Below the pieces are notes generated by a model that did no database searches, had not been told where the DNA came from, and worked only from the letters and a program-made list of their open reading frames with translations. A DNA stretch of 64,000 nucleotides from Eubacteriales bacterium. Lineage in GTDB: Bacteria > Bacillota > Clostridia > Lachnospirales > JAVBKL01. Below are positions 60,425 through 64,000 of this stretch, in pieces. The stretch's first letter is position 1. Every line of letters starts with the position of its first letter. Made by a program: the position numbers and the translations under genes. The stretch is taken from NCBI GenBank assembly GCA_031554055.1, contig JAVBKL010000056.1:645-64644 (forward strand), in the 5' to 3' direction.

Positions 60425-62620
60425 CTATACCAATGTATTTGTGACATCTTGATATAATTTTACTAATTCCTCTAACGAAATATCCACAAGCGGTTCATAC
60501 ATGAAAGAATTGATATGTATGTTTTCCGACACTATAATTAATACTCTCTCCACAATCTCTCGAATCTTCATATCGTTGTTATCGTTGTTATCGTAATGTA
60601 TTAATTTACTTAAACCTCTCGTCTGATCTGTTTTAATCTTGGCAATGTCTACATCATTGCTTATTCTTTTGACCATGTACCTCTCGGCTTTTTGTCTTAT
60701 TGCAATAGATAATACGATTTTATTTTCAATAATAACAATATTCGTAGAATTCTTCACAATATCATCAGCCGTTTCCATCAATAAATCAATAACCTTCTTA
60801 GCGAAGTCTTGCTTAAATTTGGACATATCTCTGTTCCATTCATCTTGATACCAAGTACACAGATCCTTAATCGTTACATCATCCGTTAAAACAACTCCAC
60901 TAGACGGAATATACTTATAGTGCAGTAGACTTGTCAAATTAGAATATGCTGGGTTATTACTACCCTTCGTATATTCAACTAGATTTCTGATAAACGCAAT
61001 TGATGAAAGGAAAACAACATTGTTATTGTATACTGCGTCCCTCCATTGTTTAAACACATTATCAAAATATGCACCTTTCTCTAATGTAATTGCTGTTTCC
61101 GTTTTATTAACAAACTTTGATGTTGGCTTAATGCCAACACGTCCTGCGACAGTTCGATAGAAATCGAAATTATGTGTAAGAATTAGCGGCATAAAAAGTG
61201 TATTATCAGCGATTTCTTTTATGTATTCAATAATAGCATACTTATTTCTATAATCAAAAGAATCAGCTATATCATCCATGATAACGAGTGTACTTTTATT
61301 CAGTTTTTTACGAGCCTCAATCTCAAAAATGATATTGAGCAAATAGAGGGCTTTCTTTTCACCATTACTCAAGTGACGCAAAATCTCCTGTCTGGTTAAC
61401 TTTGCTTCTTCCCCACGATTTTTAATCTCAAATTCTATAGCTGGATGCTGATTTTTCAATACCACATCATCTTTGTTTTTTATGACTATTTGAAATGGCA
61501 AACTAGTAAATCTCAAATTAAATTGTGCTACCACTTCATGCCAGCTTGACAATTGAGTCTTCGCTTTTTCTATAATTTCTGCCAATTCTTTCTTGTTACG
61601 CTGATAATTAAGGATTGCTTCTTGAAAAATCAAGCCATCCTTGAACAAATAAGAAATCCACAATTTTCTCCTAAACTCATCTATATCGGCCAGTTCTGGA
61701 ATAATGTCTCTATTTAACATAATCAAATTCCGCAATGCCTTCGTACCTTGTTTAGCAGATAACAGATTATCTATCTTCTTAAATTCATTTTCCATGCCGA
61801 CGTTAATTATTCGTTTTTTTTCATTTTCAATAACTTCATTAAATTCCACTTCGCCAATAGGGTCTGTTGTACCAGAAAGAAGAACTTGATGTGATGCTTT
61901 AAAAAAACCGTGTTTTCCCATCTCTTTAACAATACTTTCGGCGTTATTGTGATTAAATGTTTCCTTAAAAACTGTGGATTCTTTTAACAATTTTTCAAAT
62001 TGCTCAATATAAGATTGAATTAACTTTATAATATCACCGTTTTGCAAAAGTTTATCTATATCCGCTTCCATGAGTGTGCTGTATTTTATATCTGAAAACT
62101 CGTCTATTTTTCTACCCTGGAACTCTTTGTTAATTTTTTCCAAGCATTCGAAAATATCTTTTTCATTATAGCCAAAGTCTTTTGCTAATAACGCTTCCGA
62201 TTTTTGCTTTCCTGAACAAGTATTCAGTATCTTAAAAACTTTGCCCATTTTTTCCAAAATGTCTGAATGAGCACTCTCGTATCTGTTTTTCAACTCTGAA
62301 TCGGCGAGTAGAACGCTTTCGTTCTCGGAACTATAACTTTCAGAATAAGGCTCTATTACCAATATGTCATCTTTTGTCAAATTAACACCACTTGCATCCT
62401 CAAACTTAATAACCCGCTTCGTCTTTCTATGAGGATAATAATGATCTTTAGTTTCAGTTCCAGTACAAATATCGTTAAAAGTATTGGCAAGAGAAGTTTT
62501 CATAACACCATTTGGTGCATAAATCAAATGAGCTTTTTTATCTGCATTATCAAATTCAAAAGTATAACTGAACTTTGGAATTCCGTGACAATTTTCTAAA
62601 TCCAAAAAAACTTTATTCAC
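60425..62620 (-). CDS. SMC/RloC-like ABC ATPase with C-terminal helical domain (candidate defence protein)
   Basis: IYAPNGVMKTS Walker A, coiled coil, LSNGEK, IMDDIADSFD, LTHNFDF. Confidence 0.8.
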   Translation of the reverse strand: MNKVFLDLENCHGIPKFSYTFEFDNADKKAHLIYAPNGVMKTSLANTFNDICTGTETKDHYYPHRKTKRVIKFEDASGVNLTKDDILVIEPYSESYSSENESVLLADSELKNRYESAHSDILEKMGKVFKILNTCSGKQKSEALLAKDFGYNEKDIFECLEKINKEFQGRKIDEFSDIKYSTLMEADIDKLLQNGDIIKLIQSYIEQFEKLLKESTVFKETFNHNNAESIVKEMGKHGFFKASHQVLLSGTTDPIGEVEFNEVIENEKKRIINVGMENEFKKIDNLLSAKQGTKALRNLIMLNRDIIPELADIDEFRRKLWISYLFKDGLIFQEAILNYQRNKKELAEIIEKAKTQLSSWHEVVAQFNLRFTSLPFQIVIKNKDDVVLKNQHPAIEFEIKNRGEEAKLTRQEILRHLSNGEKKALYLLNIIFEIEARKKLNKSTLVIMDDIADSFDYRNKYAIIEYIKEIADNTLFMPLILTHNFDFYRTVAGRVGIKPTSKFVNKTETAITLEKGAYFDNVFKQWRDAVYNNNVVFLSSIAFIRNLVEYTKGSNNPAYSNLTSLLHYKYIPSSGVVLTDDVTIKDLCTWYQDEWNRDMSKFKQDFAKKVIDLLMETADDIVKNSTNIVIIENKIVLSIAIRQKAERYMVKRISNDVDIAKIKTDQTRGLSKLIHYDNNDNNDMKIREIVERVLIIVSENIHINSFMYEPLVDISLEELVKLYQDVTNTLV

Positions 62621-63066
62621 TTTAACCCTCCTCTTTGTTTTAAACCGATTTACGAATCAAACTTATAAATAACAATGCAAATTATAGCTATTTGTCGCTT
62701 TATAATTAACACTTGCAGATTGTATATTTTCAGTATAAATGAATTTTGAAACATTTACAAGATATTTATATTAAATTGTAAAAATGCATACCTTATGCTT
62801 AACCGACAAAGAGCTATACCGCGCCACATAATCGAACTATACAAAGTGATATAATTTAAAGCAATCTATGCGTTACCATCTTCATCTCATCTCACCAGTA
62901 TTTTCAGATTCTTGAAAAATTCCATCTGCCCATTTTTCGCCCACTGAACCGCCCATATCCGCTTGCAAATATGTTGACAGCACAAGAATTTTAACCCTAC
63001 ACCCCTTACAATTATAGGTTTTTCCACCCCTACAATCCTTAACGAATCCCCAAATCTCAACGCAAA

Positions 63067-63095
63067 AAAAACTACAGCATCTCTGCTGTAGTTTT
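63067..63095 (-). terminator. Terminator downstream of tRNA-Leu
   Basis: AAAACTACAGCA tctc TGCTGTAGTTTT with a T run on the minus strand. Confidence 0.75.
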
Positions 63096-63113
63096 ATCTT
63101 ACCAGTATTGGTA

Positions 63114-63196
63114 TGCCCGAAACCGGACTCGAACCGGTACGAGGTTGCCCCCGAAGGATTTTAAGTCCTTTGCGTCTGCCATTCCGCCACTCGGGC
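63114..63196 (-). tRNA. tRNA-Leu (anticodon TAA)
   Basis: GCCCGAG acceptor, GGCAGACGC D-arm, AAGGA-CTTAAAA-TCCTT anticodon arm, long variable arm, GTTCGAGTCC T-arm. CCA is not directly encoded. Confidence 0.95.
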
Positions 63197-63320
63197 GTGG
63201 GAAATTCAACAACGAATTTATTGTACTCGAAACAGGGGAGTTTGTCAACAGTTTTATTTGACAATTTTGCAAAATCTGTTAAAGTTTTATAAGGGTTTCA
63301 TTATTTTGGGAGTTGATAAA

Positions 63321-63692
63321 ATGATTGTTGGAATAGGTACGGATATTATTGAAATTGAGCGGCTTACAGCGTCGATTGCACGCTTAGCCTTTATGGATAG
63401 GACTTTTTCAAAAGCCGAACAAAGTGAGCTTTCGAGTTCTGAATCAAGAAAAAGCGAGCAGCTTGCTGGGAAGTTTGCGGCAAAGGAAGCGGTAGTCAAA
63501 GCGTTTGGCACAGGGTTTCGAGGGTTGTACCAGAACGAAATCGAGATTTTAACCGATGAGTTGGGAAAGCCGTTTGTGGTGTTAAATGGAGCTGCTGCTG
63601 CGGTTGCCAAACGCCTTGGGATTAAAACGGTTCACATCAGCATATCTCATTGCAAAACATACGCCACAGCTTTCGCTGTGGCGGAAAATTAA
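63321..63692 (+). CDS. acpS: Holo-[acyl-carrier-protein] synthase
   Basis: GIGTDIIEIER, FAAKEAVVKAFGTG, ISISH. ATG 63321 follows GGGAG. Confidence 0.95.
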   Translation: MIVGIGTDIIEIERLTASIARLAFMDRTFSKAEQSELSSSESRKSEQLAGKFAAKEAVVKAFGTGFRGLYQNEIEILTDELGKPFVVLNGAAAAVAKRLGIKTVHISISHCKTYATAFAVAEN

Positions 63693-63695
63693 AAC

Positions 63696-64000
63696 TTATC
63701 TGGAAGCCAAAACTTCTGTCCATGCCTTGTCATATTCTGCGATAAAGTTGCCAAGGTCAATAAATACTTCTGCCTTGTTATAGATTTCATCGCTTGGCCA
63801 GAAAGTTGGATCGTCTTTCAGTTCTGCGGGCAATTGCTCGAGTGCCACTTTGTTTACGGTTGAGTAGCCGATGTACTCGGTGTTTTTGGCTGCAATATCG
63901 CCACGGCATAAGAAGTCGATAAACTGCTCGGCTTCTGCTTTGTGTTGTGCCCCTTTTGGAATGACGATGGAGTCAAACCAAACATTGCTACCCTCTTTTG
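63696..64000 (-). CDS. potD: Spermidine/putrescine ABC binding protein, C-terminal part
   Basis: Manual translation KEGSNVWFDSIVIPKGAQHKAEAEQFIDFL...NTEYIGYST...YDKAWTEVLASR*. Confidence 0.85.
   Translation of the reverse strand, partial: KEGSNVWFDSIVIPKGAQHKAEAEQFIDFLCRGDIAAKNTEYIGYSTVNKVALEQLPAELKDDPTFWPSDEIYNKAEVFIDLGNFIAEYDKAWTEVLASR

Larger units (their letters stand above)
58636..63170. mobile_element. Integrase-less genomic islet in tRNA-Leu
   Basis: Direct repeat of the tRNA 3' half at both ends; AT-rich cargo; no recombinase ORF. Confidence 0.8.

Overview
This is a 64 kb chromosomal segment of a low-GC, motile, spore-forming Firmicute of Clostridia type, judged from yabG, the chemotaxis genes, a SigD promoter and acpS. 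All gene calls rest on motifs recognised by eye; no database searches were run. The core is dense in signalling genes: three paralogous hybrid histidine kinases, two GGDEF cyclases, a degenerate HD-GYP protein, CheB, a tandem CheW protein and an MCP. It also holds an arabinan/arabino-oligosaccharide ABC + GH51 operon, an attenuator-controlled ABC-F, ApbE, an archaeal-type D-aminoacyl-tRNA deacylase and several surface proteins. Accessory regions lie at both ends. At about 0.8-6.1 kb, a decayed copy of the yabG 5' end accompanies an IS1182, an ADP-ribosyltransferase-like remnant and a HicA-type toxin-antitoxin pair. At about 58.6-63.2 kb, an integrase-less islet sits in tRNA-Leu(TAA) and carries a candidate defence ATPase, a WYL protein and a retropepsin pair. 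The most striking unexplained feature is at 19485-20376 (minus strand). An uncharacterised helical protein is followed 6 nt after its stop by a 250-nt element closed by a 14-bp terminal helix. The element contains twelve 7-nt repeats and a potential pseudoknot, suggesting an undescribed protein + repeat-RNA system.
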